In this document: piece after piece, positions 16,778-28,036 of the stretch | Layout: each line of letters starts with the position of its first letter | Numbering within the stretch: the stretch's first letter is position 1 | Assembly: GCA_031255215.1 (NCBI GenBank) | Contig: JAIRSY010000052.1 | Coordinates: 1 to 33,924, forward strand | DNA from: Christensenellaceae bacterium | Lineage (GTDB): Bacteria; Bacillota; Clostridia; Christensenellales; UBA1242 | Length of the DNA: 33,924 nucleotides | Reading direction: 5' to 3' | The notes under the pieces: generated by a model | Told to the model about the DNA's origin: nothing | The model's database searches: none | What the model saw: only the letters and a program-made list of their open reading frames with translations | Position numbers and translations under genes: made by a program

Positions 16778-19700
16778 ATGGCAATAAATTTGAAACAAAC
16801 GGGAGAGTTTGTAGATAAATACGGAAAAACGGATAGGCACGTTTTTCGGCGTGTTCCGGAATTATTAGAAGTGCCGAACCTTTTGGATGTTCAAAGGGCG
16901 AGTTTTAATCGTTTTCTTGAAAATGGGATAAAGGAAGTTTTTAACGAATTCAACCCAATAATTGATTACTCGGGAAAGATTGAGGTTTGGTTCCTCGATT
17001 ATCATCTTGAAAACGATTCTAAAAATTATTCGGAACAGGAATGCCTACGCCGCGGCGTTATGTTTACCAAATCCTTGAAGGTAAAAGTCAGGGTCTTGAT
17101 AAAGGATAGCGGGGAAATCATTGAGCAGGAAGTGTTTTTGGGCGACGTTCCTATGATGACGGAGGGCGGATATTTTATTGTGAACGGAGTGGCGAGGGTG
17201 ATTGTAAATCAAATTATAAAGTCCCCGAGTGTTTATTATAAGACGACGCAGTATACGAACAAGGCTACACTTTCCGCAAAAGACATTACATGCACGCTTG
17301 AACCCGCACATGGGGCATATATAGAGATTACAAAAGACATGAAAGATGTCCTGCATGTTTCCCCGAATAAGACGCCGAAGATGACCTTGGGAGTTTTTCT
17401 GCGAGGGCTTGGTTTTGGTTCCGATAATGAAATTCTTGAATTGTTTGGACATCATCCTTTAATAAAGAATACTCTTGACAAAGATAAAGATAAAAGTAAA
17501 GAAAAAGACCTTGAAATGACAAAAGAGAAAGCACTTTTGGAAATAAGCCGAAAGATGCGTCCAAGCGAACTTCCCAATGCGGGTGCGATGGAAAATGCAC
17601 TCAACAATATGTTCTTTACCTTTCCAAGTTATGATTTATCTTCGGTTGGAAGATATAAATTCAACAAGAAGTTGGGACTTTTGGGCAGGATAATAAATGA
17701 AATCGCCGCCGAAGACATAAAGGTTAACGGGAAAGTTATAGTAAAAAGAGAGGAAGAAATAACGAAAGAGACCGCGGAGAAGATTGTCGGGGCGGGTATA
17801 AACAGGATATCTATACTTAACAAATTCGGTAATGCCGTATTGGTGATAGGTAATGGGCAGAGGACGGAACGTCATCTTACAAAAGATGACATTGTCGCCG
17901 CCGTGTCTTATTATTTGAACTTTATGGATGATGTAGGGTCAAAGGACGAAATTGACCACCTTATGAATAGGCGTCTCAACATGACGGGCGACCTTATGAC
18001 GCGGCATTTCAAGGACGGAATGCTTAAACTTAGAAATTCTATACGTGAAACAATGCAGACCATGGATATAAACAGTAAACAAATAAATCCGATTTCCATT
18101 ATAAATGCACGGCCGATAACGAGGGCGCTCCGTGATTTTTGTGCGGTTTCGCAGCTTTCTCATGTTATGGACACAAACAATCCTCTTACGGAAATTACAC
18201 AAAAGAGGAAGGTCACGGCGGTCGGGCCGGGCGGAATAATGGAGAAGAAGAGGGCGACGGCGGAGGTTCGCGACCTTCATTTTTCTCACAATGGCCGTAT
18301 TTGTGCCGTGGAAACACCGGAGGGGCAGTCCATCGGGCTTGTAAACTCCCTCGCTATGTATGCGAAAATAAATCAGTATGGCTTTATTACCGCTCCGCTT
18401 CGACAAGTTGATAAAAAAAGCGGAAAAGTTACGGACAAGGTGGACTATCTTACCGCCGATGAAGAGGACGCCTTTTATATTGCACAGGCAACGGAACCGT
18501 TGAAGGCCGACGGAACATTAAAAAACGAATACATTGTTGTCCGTCATAGAGATTTGGTAATGGAGGTGACAAAGGACAGAGTAGACTATATTGATGCAAG
18601 TCCAAGGCAGTTTATTTCCTTGTCCACGGCGTTGATTCCGTTTCTTGAAAACGACGATGCCGGCCGTGCCTTATTGGGTTCAAATATGCAAAGGCAGGCG
18701 GTTCCGCTTATAAAAACGGAGGCACCGATTGTGGGGACGGGTCTTGAACATCGTGCCGCCCTTGATTCCGGTGCCTTGGTTGTTGCAAAAAATGACGGTA
18801 TAGTTACCTCCGTTACATCCGAAACAATTGAAATTCAAAGGGATTTGGATAAGAATAAAGATATTTATAAACTTATCAAATTATCACGGTTCAATGAGGA
18901 GGCTTGTGTAAATCAAAAAGCGATAGTGAAAAATGGGGATAAAGTAAAGAAAGGTGACGTCATTGCGGATGGCTATGCGACCGATAACGGTGAATTGGCA
19001 ATCGGCAAAAACATGTGTGTTGCCTTTATGAATTGGGAAGGATATACCTTTGAAGATGCGATTTTAATAAGTGAGAGGGTTGTAAAGGAAGATAAATTTA
19101 CATCTATTGCCCTTCATTTGAAAGAATGCCGTGCAAGAATAAACCCAAAGATAGGCGACGAAGAAATCACTCGTGATATTCCCAATTTAAGTGATGATGC
19201 ACTTGCGAATCTTGATGAAAGGGGAATCGTTCGAATAGGGACATTTGTAAGGACGGGCGATATACTTGTTGGAAGGGTTACCCCAAAGGGCGAAACGGAA
19301 ATGTCGCCGGAAGAGAAGTTGTTAAAGGCGATTTTTGGGGACAAAAGCCGTGACGTTCGCGATACCTCTCTTCGTGTTGAAAACGGTAAAGAGGGTGTTG
19401 TTGTCGGGATAGAGGTTTTCAGCCGAGAGAACAAGGATGAACTTGACGTCGGGGTAAATGAATTGGTTAAGGTGATTATCGCACAAAAACGCAATGTAAA
19501 GGTCGGCGATAAAATGACCGGCCGTCACGGAAACAAGGGTATTGTTTCAAAGATATTGCCGGTTGAGGATATGCCTTACATGGCGGACGGCACACCGGTA
19601 GATATAATATTGAATCCTATGGGCGTCCCGTCACGTCTTAATATTGGGCAATTATTGGAAATCTCGCTCGGCTTAATCGGTCATATAACGGGCAATAAAT

Positions 19701-20431
19701 ATGCCACTCCCGTCTTTAATGGTGCGACAAGAGCGGACATTTCAAAACTCCTTCGCGAAAACGGACTTCCCGAAGATGGTAAAATGCAGCTGCTTGACGG
19801 GCGGACCGGCGAACCGTTCCAAAATAAAACTACCGTCGGCTTTATGTATATGTTGAAACTTCATCACATGGTAGATACAAAAATCCACGCACGAAGCACC
19901 GGTGCTTATAGTTTAGTTACCCAGCAACCTCTTGGCGGAAAAGCCCAATTCGGCGGTCAAAGAATGGGTGAAATGGAACTTTGGGCGTTGGAGGCCTACG
20001 GTGCGGCACATCTTCTTCAAGAAATTCTTACCGTCAAGTCCGATGATATCCAGGGACGGACCAAAACTTTTATGTCAATAGTAAAGGGCGAACAACTTCC
20101 TTCCCCCGGTATGCCCGAGGCTACAAAAGTTATGATTAAGGAACTTCAAGGTCTTGCCTTGGATGTGACCATGTTTACAAAAGAAGGTGTTGTTGATACG
20201 AAGGATATCTCTACGGCTTTAAGTGAAATTGATGATGTGTCAAAGGATGGACAGCCGGTCGATGACGTTGATATAAATGCACTCTTCGATAATACCGATA
20301 ATCTTTCATCATCCGCAGGCTTGGAACCGGATACGCAAGATTATGAAACATTTGATATTAACGCAATGTTTGACGATGATGACGGCAAAAACGATAATGA
20401 TGATGACAATAATGAAGAGGAGGACAGATAA
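16778..20431 (+). CDS. rpoB: RNA polymerase beta subunit
   Basis: [53 protein letters not shown]; acidic C-terminal tail. Confidence 0.99.
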   Translation: MAINLKQTGEFVDKYGKTDRHVFRRVPELLEVPNLLDVQRASFNRFLENGIKEVFNEFNPIIDYSGKIEVWFLDYHLENDSKNYSEQECLRRGVMFTKSLKVKVRVLIKDSGEIIEQEVFLGDVPMMTEGGYFIVNGVARVIVNQIIKSPSVYYKTTQYTNKATLSAKDITCTLEPAHGAYIEITKDMKDVLHVSPNKTPKMTLGVFLRGLGFGSDNEILELFGHHPLIKNTLDKDKDKSKEKDLEMTKEKALLEISRKMRPSELPNAGAMENALNNMFFTFPSYDLSSVGRYKFNKKLGLLGRIINEIAAEDIKVNGKVIVKREEEITKETAEKIVGAGINRISILNKFGNAVLVIGNGQRTERHLTKDDIVAAVSYYLNFMDDVGSKDEIDHLMNRRLNMTGDLMTRHFKDGMLKLRNSIRETMQTMDINSKQINPISIINARPITRALRDFCAVSQLSHVMDTNNPLTEITQKRKVTAVGPGGIMEKKRATAEVRDLHFSHNGRICAVETPEGQSIGLVNSLAMYAKINQYGFITAPLRQVDKKSGKVTDKVDYLTADEEDAFYIAQATEPLKADGTLKNEYIVVRHRDLVMEVTKDRVDYIDASPRQFISLSTALIPFLENDDAGRALLGSNMQRQAVPLIKTEAPIVGTGLEHRAALDSGALVVAKNDGIVTSVTSETIEIQRDLDKNKDIYKLIKLSRFNEEACVNQKAIVKNGDKVKKGDVIADGYATDNGELAIGKNMCVAFMNWEGYTFEDAILISERVVKEDKFTSIALHLKECRARINPKIGDEEITRDIPNLSDDALANLDERGIVRIGTFVRTGDILVGRVTPKGETEMSPEEKLLKAIFGDKSRDVRDTSLRVENGKEGVVVGIEVFSRENKDELDVGVNELVKVIIAQKRNVKVGDKMTGRHGNKGIVSKILPVEDMPYMADGTPVDIILNPMGVPSRLNIGQLLEISLGLIGHITGNKYATPVFNGATRADISKLLRENGLPEDGKMQLLDGRTGEPFQNKTTVGFMYMLKLHHMVDTKIHARSTGAYSLVTQQPLGGKAQFGGQRMGEMELWALEAYGAAHLLQEILTVKSDDIQGRTKTFMSIVKGEQLPSPGMPEATKVMIKELQGLALDVTMFTKEGVVDTKDISTALSEIDDVSKDGQPVDDVDINALFDNTDNLSSSAGLEPDTQDYETFDINAMFDDDDGKNDNDDDNNEEEDR

Positions 20432-20433
20432 TT

Positions 20434-23400
20434 ATGTTTGAATTAAATAATTTTGAGAGCGTAAGAATAAGTTTGGCAAGCCCGAACAAGATTTTATCTT
20501 GGAGTCACGGCGAGGTTACAAAACCTGAAACCATCAATTACCGGACACAAAAACCGGAAAAAGACGGTCTTTTTTGTGAGCGTATTTTTGGGCCGAAAAA
20601 AGATTGGTGCTGTGCTTGCGGCAAATATAAACTTATCCGTTACAGAGGAACGGTGTGTGACAGATGCGGTGTTGAAGTTACAAAGAGCTCCGTTCGCCGG
20701 GAAAGAATGGGGCATGTTCAACTTGCCGCACCGGTTACCCATATTTGGTATTTCAAAGGAATTCCGTCTAAAATCGGCACTCTCTTGGGTATGACTATAA
20801 AAAGTTTGGAACATGTTATCTATTTTGTGTCATTTGTCGTTATCAATCCCGGAAGCACCCCCCTCAAATATGCTCAAATTTTAAGTGATAATGAGTTGCA
20901 GGACGCACTTGAAAAGTATGGACCAAAGGCGTTTGATTATGGAATGGGTGCAGAATCCATAAAAAAGATGTTGGCGGCACTTGATATAGACAAGGAGATT
21001 GAAGATTGCCGTATTATGATAAAAGAGGTGAAGAGCGGTCAGAAGCGGGATAAAGCGATAAAAAGGCTTGATTTACTTCAATCATTTAAGGAGAGCGGCA
21101 ACCGTCCCGAATGGATGGTGTTGGACGTTATTCCCGTTATTCCGCCCGAACTTCGTCCTATGGTTCAAATTGACGGCGGACGTTTTGCCACCACCGATGT
21201 CAATGAACTTTATCGGCGTGTTATTAACCGAAACAATCGTTTGAAAAAGTTGATTGACCTTCAAGCACCGGAGGTAATTATCCGCAATGAAAAAAGGATG
21301 TTGCAGGAGGCGGTCGATGCCCTTATTGATAATGGCAAGCGTGGGAAGTCCGTGCAGAATAACAAGGGGAGAGAACTTAAATCTCTCGCGGCCGGTCTTC
21401 GCGGAAAGCAGGGACGGTTCCGTAATAACCTTTTGGGAAAACGTGTCGATTATTCCGGCCGAACCGTAATTGTTGTCGGCCCCGAACTTAAACATTACCA
21501 GGTTGGTCTTCCAAAAGAAATGGCACTTGAATTATTCAAACCTTTCGTAATGGAACGTCTTGTCAAAAATCAACTTGCAAATCATAGCCGTTCCGCGAAA
21601 AGAATGATTGAAGCGGAAAAGGACGAGGTATGGGATGCCTTACAGGAAGTAATCAAGGACCACCCGGTTTTATTGAATAGGCAGCCAACACTTCATAAGT
21701 TATCAATTCAGGCGTTTGAACCGGTTTTAATTGACGGCAAGGCAATCCGCCTGCACCCCCTTGTATGTCCGGCGTTTAATGCGGACTTTGACGGTGACCA
21801 AATGGCGGTTCATGTTCCAATTTCACCGGAGGCACAGGCGGAGGCACGGATTTTGATGCTTTCTTCTAATAATATTTTGAAACCAAGTGACGGAAAGTCC
21901 ATTGTGACGCCGACACAAGATATAGTTTTGGGGTGTTATTATCTTACAACAATGGTTGATAAGGCGGAAGGTCACGGTAAGACTTTCAAGAATGAGGACG
22001 AGGCACTTCGGGCGTTTGATGCCAAAAAAATTGATTTACGTGCAAAAATCTTTGTCCGTCGCTCTGCATTTGAAATAGATGGGAATATGGATGAAGAGGA
22101 AACATTTGGAAGGGTGGAGACAACGATCGGCAGGATTCTTTTCAATCGTTGTTTTCCGCAGGATATTGGAATACTTGACAGAAGTAAAAAAGAGAACAAA
22201 TTTGCGTATCAAATAAACAAGGATATTGTGAAAAAAGACTTAAATAAAATTATCGTTAAAACTTTTGAAAGACATGGTCCCACAACGACAAGTGAAACAA
22301 TTGATAACATAAAAAACATTGGGTTTAAGTATTCTACGCTTGCCTCTCTTTCATTTTCAATTTTTGATGCGAATGTGCCTAACGAAAGGGCAAAAATAAT
22401 TAAGGATACGGAATTGAAGGTCAAGGCGGTCGAAAACGGCTATGCCGACGGCGATTATACTCTGTCCGAAAAAATTGACCTTAATATTGAACTTTGGGAT
22501 GAGGCGGCGAAAAATATTGAAGACAAGGTTACGGATTCGCTTAGTCCTGAAAATCCAATTTTAATGATGGCAAAATCCGGTGCAAGAGGTTCAATAAAAC
22601 AAATTATGCAGCTTATCGGTATGCGTGGAATTATCGTGAACGTTTTGGGAACGAAGGAAGACGTCCCGATAAAGGGCTGCTATATCCTCGGTCTGTCTCC
22701 ATTTGAATATTTCCGTTCCGCACGTGGCGGCCGAAAGGGTCTTGCGGATACCGCGATGAGAACGTCCGATGCCGGATATTTGACAAGACGTTTGGTTGAT
22801 GTCGCACAAGACGTGATAGTAACGGAGGAGGATTGTTTTGCCTTCTTGAACGAAAAACCGCGTGGTTTGGTTATACGCAAGTTTGATGTCGACGGTTATA
22901 CGGAGAGTTTGGCAAGCCGAATCACCGGACGCTATACCTCAAAAATGATTCCTAAAATAATTGCGGAAAATGAAATGATAACCGATGAAATTGCCGCCAA
23001 AATAGAAAATGCAGGCATAGAGGAGGTTGAAATACGAACCATTCTCACCTGCAAATGTAAACATGGTGTTTGTGCCAAATGTTATGGCCGTGATATGAGT
23101 AATAATCAAACCGTTCAGGTCGGCGAAGCGGTGGGAATCATCGCGGCACAATCCGTCGGGGAGCCGGGAACCCAACTTACCATGAGAACTAAACACGGCG
23201 GCGGAACAAAAGATACCGCCGGTCTTGTCGGGATGCAAAATATTTTGAAAAACATAAGTTACATGGCGGCGGATTTGGGTGCCTCGGACTCCGCCGTAAT
23301 TATAAAAGAAGAGGGGCTTCCTCGGGTAGAAGAAATTTTGGAGGCACGTCTTCCCAAAGGGGCGGCAATTATGTCAAACGTATCGGGTGAAGTGATTGAA

Positions 23401-24033
23401 ATCAGGCGTGCCGATAAATCCCAAGAAATCGTCATTCGAATCGGTGTAAAAACTCATGAGACTTATAAAATTCCGTTTGGTATTAAGATAATTGTGAAGA
23501 AGGGTGACAAGGTTGAACCGGGTTCGACGTTGACCGATGGCGTCGCCAACCCGCACGATATCTTGAAAACCCGCGGTCTTAAAACCGTTCAGGAATATTT
23601 AATGACCGAAATTTTGAAGGTATATAAGACCCAAGACATCGAAATTAACAACAAACATCTTGAAATAATCGTTCGGCAAATGCTTCAAAAAGTCAAGGTG
23701 GAGGACCCGGGCGAAACCAACCTTCAACTTGGTTCCGTTATTGATGCCGTTGAATTTGAGGCAATCAACATGTCTGCAATTCAAGAAAACAAGAAACCCG
23801 CACGTGCCGCAAGAATTTTGATGCCGATTACAAAGGCCGCCTTGCGAACGGACAGTTTCCTTTCCGCGGCATCATTTCAAGAAACAAGTTCAGTCCTTGC
23901 CGATGCGGCGGTAAAAGGCAAAGTTGACAACCTTATCGGTATTAAGGAAAACGTCATCTTCGGCAAACTTATTCCTGCGGGAACCGGACTTAAACGTTAT
24001 CGAAATGTCGGTTATAAGGTGGTGAAACAATGA
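20434..24033 (+). CDS. rpoC: RNA polymerase beta' subunit
   Basis: KPETINYRT, zinc finger, [42 protein letters not shown]. Confidence 0.99.
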   Translation: MFELNNFESVRISLASPNKILSWSHGEVTKPETINYRTQKPEKDGLFCERIFGPKKDWCCACGKYKLIRYRGTVCDRCGVEVTKSSVRRERMGHVQLAAPVTHIWYFKGIPSKIGTLLGMTIKSLEHVIYFVSFVVINPGSTPLKYAQILSDNELQDALEKYGPKAFDYGMGAESIKKMLAALDIDKEIEDCRIMIKEVKSGQKRDKAIKRLDLLQSFKESGNRPEWMVLDVIPVIPPELRPMVQIDGGRFATTDVNELYRRVINRNNRLKKLIDLQAPEVIIRNEKRMLQEAVDALIDNGKRGKSVQNNKGRELKSLAAGLRGKQGRFRNNLLGKRVDYSGRTVIVVGPELKHYQVGLPKEMALELFKPFVMERLVKNQLANHSRSAKRMIEAEKDEVWDALQEVIKDHPVLLNRQPTLHKLSIQAFEPVLIDGKAIRLHPLVCPAFNADFDGDQMAVHVPISPEAQAEARILMLSSNNILKPSDGKSIVTPTQDIVLGCYYLTTMVDKAEGHGKTFKNEDEALRAFDAKKIDLRAKIFVRRSAFEIDGNMDEEETFGRVETTIGRILFNRCFPQDIGILDRSKKENKFAYQINKDIVKKDLNKIIVKTFERHGPTTTSETIDNIKNIGFKYSTLASLSFSIFDANVPNERAKIIKDTELKVKAVENGYADGDYTLSEKIDLNIELWDEAAKNIEDKVTDSLSPENPILMMAKSGARGSIKQIMQLIGMRGIIVNVLGTKEDVPIKGCYILGLSPFEYFRSARGGRKGLADTAMRTSDAGYLTRRLVDVAQDVIVTEEDCFAFLNEKPRGLVIRKFDVDGYTESLASRITGRYTSKMIPKIIAENEMITDEIAAKIENAGIEEVEIRTILTCKCKHGVCAKCYGRDMSNNQTVQVGEAVGIIAAQSVGEPGTQLTMRTKHGGGTKDTAGLVGMQNILKNISYMAADLGASDSAVIIKEEGLPRVEEILEARLPKGAAIMSNVSGEVIEIRRADKSQEIVIRIGVKTHETYKIPFGIKIIVKKGDKVEPGSTLTDGVANPHDILKTRGLKTVQEYLMTEILKVYKTQDIEINNKHLEIIVRQMLQKVKVEDPGETNLQLGSVIDAVEFEAINMSAIQENKKPARAARILMPITKAALRTDSFLSAASFQETSSVLADAAVKGKVDNLIGIKENVIFGKLIPAGTGLKRYRNVGYKVVKQ

Positions 24034-24347
24034 AAAATATATTTCTCGAAAATGATTTGGTGATTCCGTGGGTCGCCGACAATATTGAATGGATTCAAGG
24101 TGTTTTTGTCGCGATTATGGCACTGTCCGCCGTGATAATGATAATAGCAATTTTGGCGTCTCCTCCCGAAACCGGTTTGGGACATAATGCAATAACGGGA
24201 ACCAATGAGAGTTATTATTCCAAAAACAAACGCGGGACAAATAGCGGCATAATTCGCAACATAATAATAATCTGTGCGGGAGTGATAGCATTAAGTGCAA
24301 TAATTTACTTTGTCTTATATGGAATCTATCACGACACAACAAAATAA
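24030..24347 (+). CDS. secG: Preprotein translocase subunit SecG
   Basis: Two TM helices flanking a [15 protein letters not shown] loop; ATGA overlap with rpoC. Confidence 0.75.
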   Translation: MKNIFLENDLVIPWVADNIEWIQGVFVAIMALSAVIMIIAILASPPETGLGHNAITGTNESYYSKNKRGTNSGIIRNIIIICAGVIALSAIIYFVLYGIYHDTTK

Positions 24348-24374
24348 GAAATCCGGAAGGCACCGTGTTCGTGC

Positions 24375-24403
24375 TTGCAATCATTAAATTGTTATGCTAC
24401 AAT
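24375..24403 (+). promoter_or_regulatory. SigA promoter of rpsU-mtaB
   Basis: TTGCAA-17 bp-TACAAT with extended TGn. Confidence 0.7.
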
Positions 24404-24438
24404 ACCAAATAGATAAATAAAAGAGAGGTGATGTAAAA

Positions 24439-24633
24439 ATGAATCAAATAATCGTTGGAGAAAACGAGGGCTTTGAAGGTGCTCTTAAAAGATTTAAAAG
24501 AAAGATTGCCAAGGACGGTGTTTTGCAGGATATGAAGAGAAAGGAAGAATACGTTAAACCGTCGGTAAGGAAAAAACTTAAAAGACAAGAAGCACGCAAA
24601 CGAAAGCGTAAAGAGGAACGCGGCGGCTGCTAA
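24439..24633 (+). CDS. rpsU: 30S ribosomal protein bS21
   Basis: ENEGFEGALKRFKR...KEEYVKPSVRKKLK. Confidence 0.95.
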   Translation: MNQIIVGENEGFEGALKRFKRKIAKDGVLQDMKRKEEYVKPSVRKKLKRQEARKRKRKEERGGC

Positions 24634-24635
24634 CA

Positions 24636-25568
24636 ATGGTTTATGTCCTCAATTATGGCTGTCGTGTGAATTATTATGAAAGCGAGCAGATTGCGGCAAA
24701 ATTCAACGGAGTTGTCATAGTGGAAAAAGACATTAAGAAGATCAAGGACGCCGAGCCCGTCTTTTTTGTCAATTCATGTGCGATTACTTCCAAGGCGGAA
24801 AAAGGTTCACGGTATGCCGTTTCAATCATAAAAAAATATCACCCGAATGCGGAGATAAATTTTGTTGGCTGTGCCTCTAAACATCAAAATAAATTAAACA
24901 ATGCAATAATTGCGAAGAGGGAGAAAGCATTTATAAAGATCCAGGACGGCTGTGCCGATTTTTGTTCCTATTGTATAATTCCCTATATAAGGTCAAAGAT
25001 CTGCTGCCGCAATGTTGCCGATGTTCTTGCCGAAATCAAGGCACAGCCGCCGGTTGTTAAAACGATAATTCTCTCCGGAATCAACTTGACCTATTATAAA
25101 CATTTGAACGAACTTTCTCAAAATATCAATAAACCGTTTTATTTTGGAAGTTTAGAACCGAATTGTATAACGAAAGATTTTTTAGAGGTTTTGCACGCAA
25201 ATTCAAACTTTATCCCCAACTTTCATGTGTGTCTTCAATCCGGATGTGATGAAACCCTTTCAAATATGAATAGGCATTATACAACCGCGGAATATCTTGC
25301 AAAGATAAATTTGATAAGGAAGTATTTCCCGACGGCGAGGATTTCAACCGACATAATCGTTGGATTTCCAACCGAAACGGATATAAATTTCGACCGGACC
25401 TTGCACTTTATTAAAATAATTAACTTTGATAAAGTCCATATCTTTCCGTTTTCGCCGCGTCCAAAAACCGCCGCTTTTTTGATGAAACCCATCACCAACA
25501 GAATTATTAAAAATAGGGTTGACAAGCTTAAAAGTCTATTGTATAATGATAATGAAAAAAAGAAGTGA
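24636..25568 (+). CDS. mtaB: tRNA methylthiotransferase MtaB-like, shortened, no TRAM domain
   Basis: UPF0004 cysteines (GCRVN, NSCAIT, VGC), radical SAM KIQDGCADFCSYC, LQSG..MNRHY, TDIIVGFPTET, HIFPFSPRPKT. Confidence 0.8.
   Translation: MVYVLNYGCRVNYYESEQIAAKFNGVVIVEKDIKKIKDAEPVFFVNSCAITSKAEKGSRYAVSIIKKYHPNAEINFVGCASKHQNKLNNAIIAKREKAFIKIQDGCADFCSYCIIPYIRSKICCRNVADVLAEIKAQPPVVKTIILSGINLTYYKHLNELSQNINKPFYFGSLEPNCITKDFLEVLHANSNFIPNFHVCLQSGCDETLSNMNRHYTTAEYLAKINLIRKYFPTARISTDIIVGFPTETDINFDRTLHFIKIINFDKVHIFPFSPRPKTAAFLMKPITNRIIKNRVDKLKSLLYNDNEKKK
25519..25547 (+). promoter_or_regulatory. Consensus SigA promoter of the infC operon, inside the mtaB 3' end
   Basis: TTGACA-17 bp-TATAAT. Confidence 0.85.
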
Positions 25569-25677
25569 ATTCCTTTCCACCTTTATTGCCTTCAATGTGC
25601 GGTCAAGGTCAATAACAAAAATTCCCCCCAAGGTTTTTGTTCGGAAAAGGAGTGTAATCATTTTCACTTCTTTTTTC
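25555..25677 (+). ncRNA. Ribosomal protein L20 leader with attenuator terminator
   Basis: Lies upstream of infC-rpmI-rplT; AGAAG...CCACCT..TTGCC...GGTCAAGGT pattern; terminator AGGAGTG...CACTTCT-TTTTT at about 25648-25677. Confidence 0.7.
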
Positions 25678-25735
25678 AAAATATAGGAATCGTTGTTCAA
25701 TTAAACGGCGGTTTCGTAAAAAGAGGAGGGAAAAA

Positions 25736-26275
25736 ATTATTTTTAAGGGGTGTAAAATAAACGGCGAGATAAGGGCGGGGGAACTTCGCGTTATCGGTGC
25801 CGATAACCAAATGGTTGGGATTATGACCCTCGCCGCCGCTCTTCGTCGTGCCGATGAAGACGGGCTGGATTTGGTTTTAATCAATGAAGCTTCTCAACCG
25901 CCGATTGCCAAAATTACAGATTACGCAAAGTTTCGTTACGAGGCAATAAAAAAAGAAAAAGAACAAAAGAAGGAACAGAGGAATAACATTGTCCATCTTA
26001 AAGAAATTCAACTTTCAATCGCTATTCAGGAAAATGAAATTGAATTCAAAATGAAAAAGGCAAGGGAATTTATTAACGACGGCGACAAGGTTAAGGTTTG
26101 CATCAACCGCCTTAAAGGTCGAAAAATGCAGCTTGCCGACAAGGGCGTCGCCGTCATTAACGCTTTCGCCGAAAAAATGGCCGACATCGCCGAAATGGAA
26201 ATGCCCGTTAAAAAACTTGGCGGCGGTGCAGGCGGTGTGAATATTATGACTATATTAAAAGGGAAAAACAAATAA
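25736..26275 (+). CDS. infC: Translation initiation factor IF-3 (ATT start)
   Basis: GGAGG SD then in-frame ATT at 25736 or 25739 giving ..INGEIRAGELRVIG; LDLVLI...PPIAKITDYAKFRYE, GDKVKV. Confidence 0.95.
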   Translation: MIFKGCKINGEIRAGELRVIGADNQMVGIMTLAAALRRADEDGLDLVLINEASQPPIAKITDYAKFRYEAIKKEKEQKKEQRNNIVHLKEIQLSIAIQENEIEFKMKKAREFINDGDKVKVCINRLKGRKMQLADKGVAVINAFAEKMADIAEMEMPVKKLGGGAGGVNIMTILKGKNK

Positions 26276-26469
26276 TGAAAATAAAAGCAAAAACTCATAG
26301 CGGTGCAAAAAAAAGATTCCGTGCACGCAAGAATGATATAAAAAGAAGTATGAAGAATAAAAATCATATCTTAAATAAAAAAAGCCGTGAACGAAAACGT
26401 AAATTGCGTCATGGTTCCGTCGTTGAAAAGGCAAATGAAAAGACAATAAGGAGGTTAATTCAAAAATGA
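26275..26469 (+). CDS. rpmI: 50S ribosomal protein bL35
   Basis: [12 protein letters not shown]...[15 protein letters not shown]; operon position. Confidence 0.95.
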   Translation: MKIKAKTHSGAKKRFRARKNDIKRSMKNKNHILNKKSRERKRKLRHGSVVEKANEKTIRRLIQK

Positions 26470-26825
26470 GAATCAAAAGAAGCGTAAACGCACTTAAAAA
26501 AAGACGCAAAACTTTGAAACTTGCAAAAGGTTATCGTGCGACGAAGTCTACCCTTTACAGAGTAGCAAAAGAACAGGTAATGAAGAGCGGCGAATACGCA
26601 TTCCGCGGACGCCGTATGAAAAAACGCGATTTTCGTAAGTTATGGATTGCAAGAATTAACGCCGCGGCAAGAATTAACGGCCTCACTTATTCACGGCTTA
26701 TGGACGGACTTAAAAAGTTGGCAATTGATATAAATCGAAAGATGTTGAGTGAACTTGCCGTCAATGATGCGAAGGAATTTACAAATTTATGCGAGAAAGT
26801 GAAACAATCGACGCCAAACTCCTAA
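26466..26825 (+). CDS. rplT: 50S ribosomal protein bL20
   Basis: [36 protein letters not shown]. Confidence 0.98.
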   Translation: MRIKRSVNALKKRRKTLKLAKGYRATKSTLYRVAKEQVMKSGEYAFRGRRMKKRDFRKLWIARINAAARINGLTYSRLMDGLKKLAIDINRKMLSELAVNDAKEFTNLCEKVKQSTPNS

Positions 26826-27418
26826 AAAAATTGGAGGATAAAAAATACAGACGCCAATATGGTCTTTGTATTTTGGAGGGTGAAAAGATAATCAAGGATA
26901 ATCTTGACAAGGTAGTCAAGGTTTTCTTGAACGAAAAAAATAGTTTGAAAAACTATTCCGGACGCGTTGCGGTCGCCCAAATTCCTATGCCTGCCGTGCC
27001 TACAATTCCGTTTTTGGTCCTTGATTGTATACAGGATCCAACCAATATGGGTGCCATCTTACGCTCTGCCTTCGCATTCGGTTTCCGCACCGTATATTGT
27101 ATCAATTGTGTGGACCAATATTCATCAAAGGTCATTCGTGCCTCCGCCGGTTATTGTCTCCGCCTTAATATAATAAATTGTAATTATCAAGATATCCCAA
27201 ATGAAAAGTTGTTCGTCGCCGGTTTTAATGGCAAGGAAGTTAAAGGATTTTCCCAAATAAATAATCTTGTTCTTGGCAATGAGGGGAACGGTGTGTCCGC
27301 GGAAATTCTTTCTAAATCACATGAGATTATCTCGATCCCGATGAATGAAGGCTGCGAATCCCTTAATGTTTCGGTTGCCGGTGCAATCATTATGTATTAC
27401 AATAAGGTGTCGTCTTGA
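26789..27418 (+). CDS. TrmH/SpoU family RNA methyltransferase, shortened
   Basis: [26 protein letters not shown]...[11 protein letters not shown]. Confidence 0.9.
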   Translation: MRESETIDAKLLKKLEDKKYRRQYGLCILEGEKIIKDNLDKVVKVFLNEKNSLKNYSGRVAVAQIPMPAVPTIPFLVLDCIQDPTNMGAILRSAFAFGFRTVYCINCVDQYSSKVIRASAGYCLRLNIINCNYQDIPNEKLFVAGFNGKEVKGFSQINNLVLGNEGNGVSAEILSKSHEIISIPMNEGCESLNVSVAGAIIMYYNKVSS

Positions 27419-27435
27419 AAAAATGTTTTTCAAGA
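27413..27435. repeat. Perfect inverted repeat (hairpin or operator) between trmH and yebC
   Basis: TCTTGAAAAA-atg-TTTTTCAAGA. Confidence 0.55.
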
Positions 27436-27466
27436 TGAATTTATTAAAAGGAAAAGTAATAAAACC

Positions 27467-28036
27467 ATGAGCGGACATAATAAATGGAGTAAGATTCACC
27501 GAAAAAAAGGTGAGGCGGACGCCGCCAAGGGCAATGTCTATGCAAAACTTGGCAAGGAAATCTTTGTCGCCGTGAAACAGGGTAAGTCCGCCGACCCCGA
27601 ACAAAATTCTAAACTTCGCGAACTTATATCAAAGGCACGAAATGTCAATATGCCCAATGCCAATATTCAACGTGCCGTTCAAAAGGCCGTCGGCGACTCC
27701 GCCTCAAATGATTATGAATATATAACCTATGAGGGTTATGGTCCCGTCGGCGTTGCCGTTTTAATTGACTGCCTTACCAATAATAAAAATAGAACCGCCG
27801 CGAATATAAGAAGTTACTTTGAAAAAAGCGGTGGTTCCTTGGGCGTTTCGGGTTCCGTTTCGTTCCTTTTTGATGAAGATTTTGATGATGACGGCGAGAC
27901 GATTATCAAAGTGCCGAACTATTTCGTATCTATACCGGAGGAAAAAGAAAAGGCATTTGAGAAGTTGCTTGAAAATTTGGAAGAAGATGAAGATGTAGTA
28001 AATTTTTATCATAACGGAAGTGACAATGAGCAATAA
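27467..28036 (+). CDS. YebC/PmpR/TACO1 family protein with internal deletion (189 aa)
   Basis: MSGHNKWSKI, YEGYGPVGVAV, TNNKNRT, GSVSFLF, LEEDEDV..FYHN. Confidence 0.92.
   Translation: MSGHNKWSKIHRKKGEADAAKGNVYAKLGKEIFVAVKQGKSADPEQNSKLRELISKARNVNMPNANIQRAVQKAVGDSASNDYEYITYEGYGPVGVAVLIDCLTNNKNRTAANIRSYFEKSGGSLGVSGSVSFLFDEDFDDDGETIIKVPNYFVSIPEEKEKAFEKLLENLEEDEDVVNFYHNGSDNEQ

Noticed and set aside
20230-20431. Acidic RpoB C-terminal tail as a novelty
   Set aside because: Acidic tails are common in clostridial RpoB.
17045-23784. Many 60-155 aa antisense or alternate-frame ORFs within rpoB/rpoC and other genes
   Set aside because: Shadow ORFs of long coding regions, with no SD, promoter or motif support.
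25660-25686. ATT after AAGGAG as the infC start
   Set aside because: Out of frame and stops after 8 codons; the AGGAGTG is the attenuator stem. The real ATT start (25736/25739) is the well-known IF-3 feature, not a novelty.
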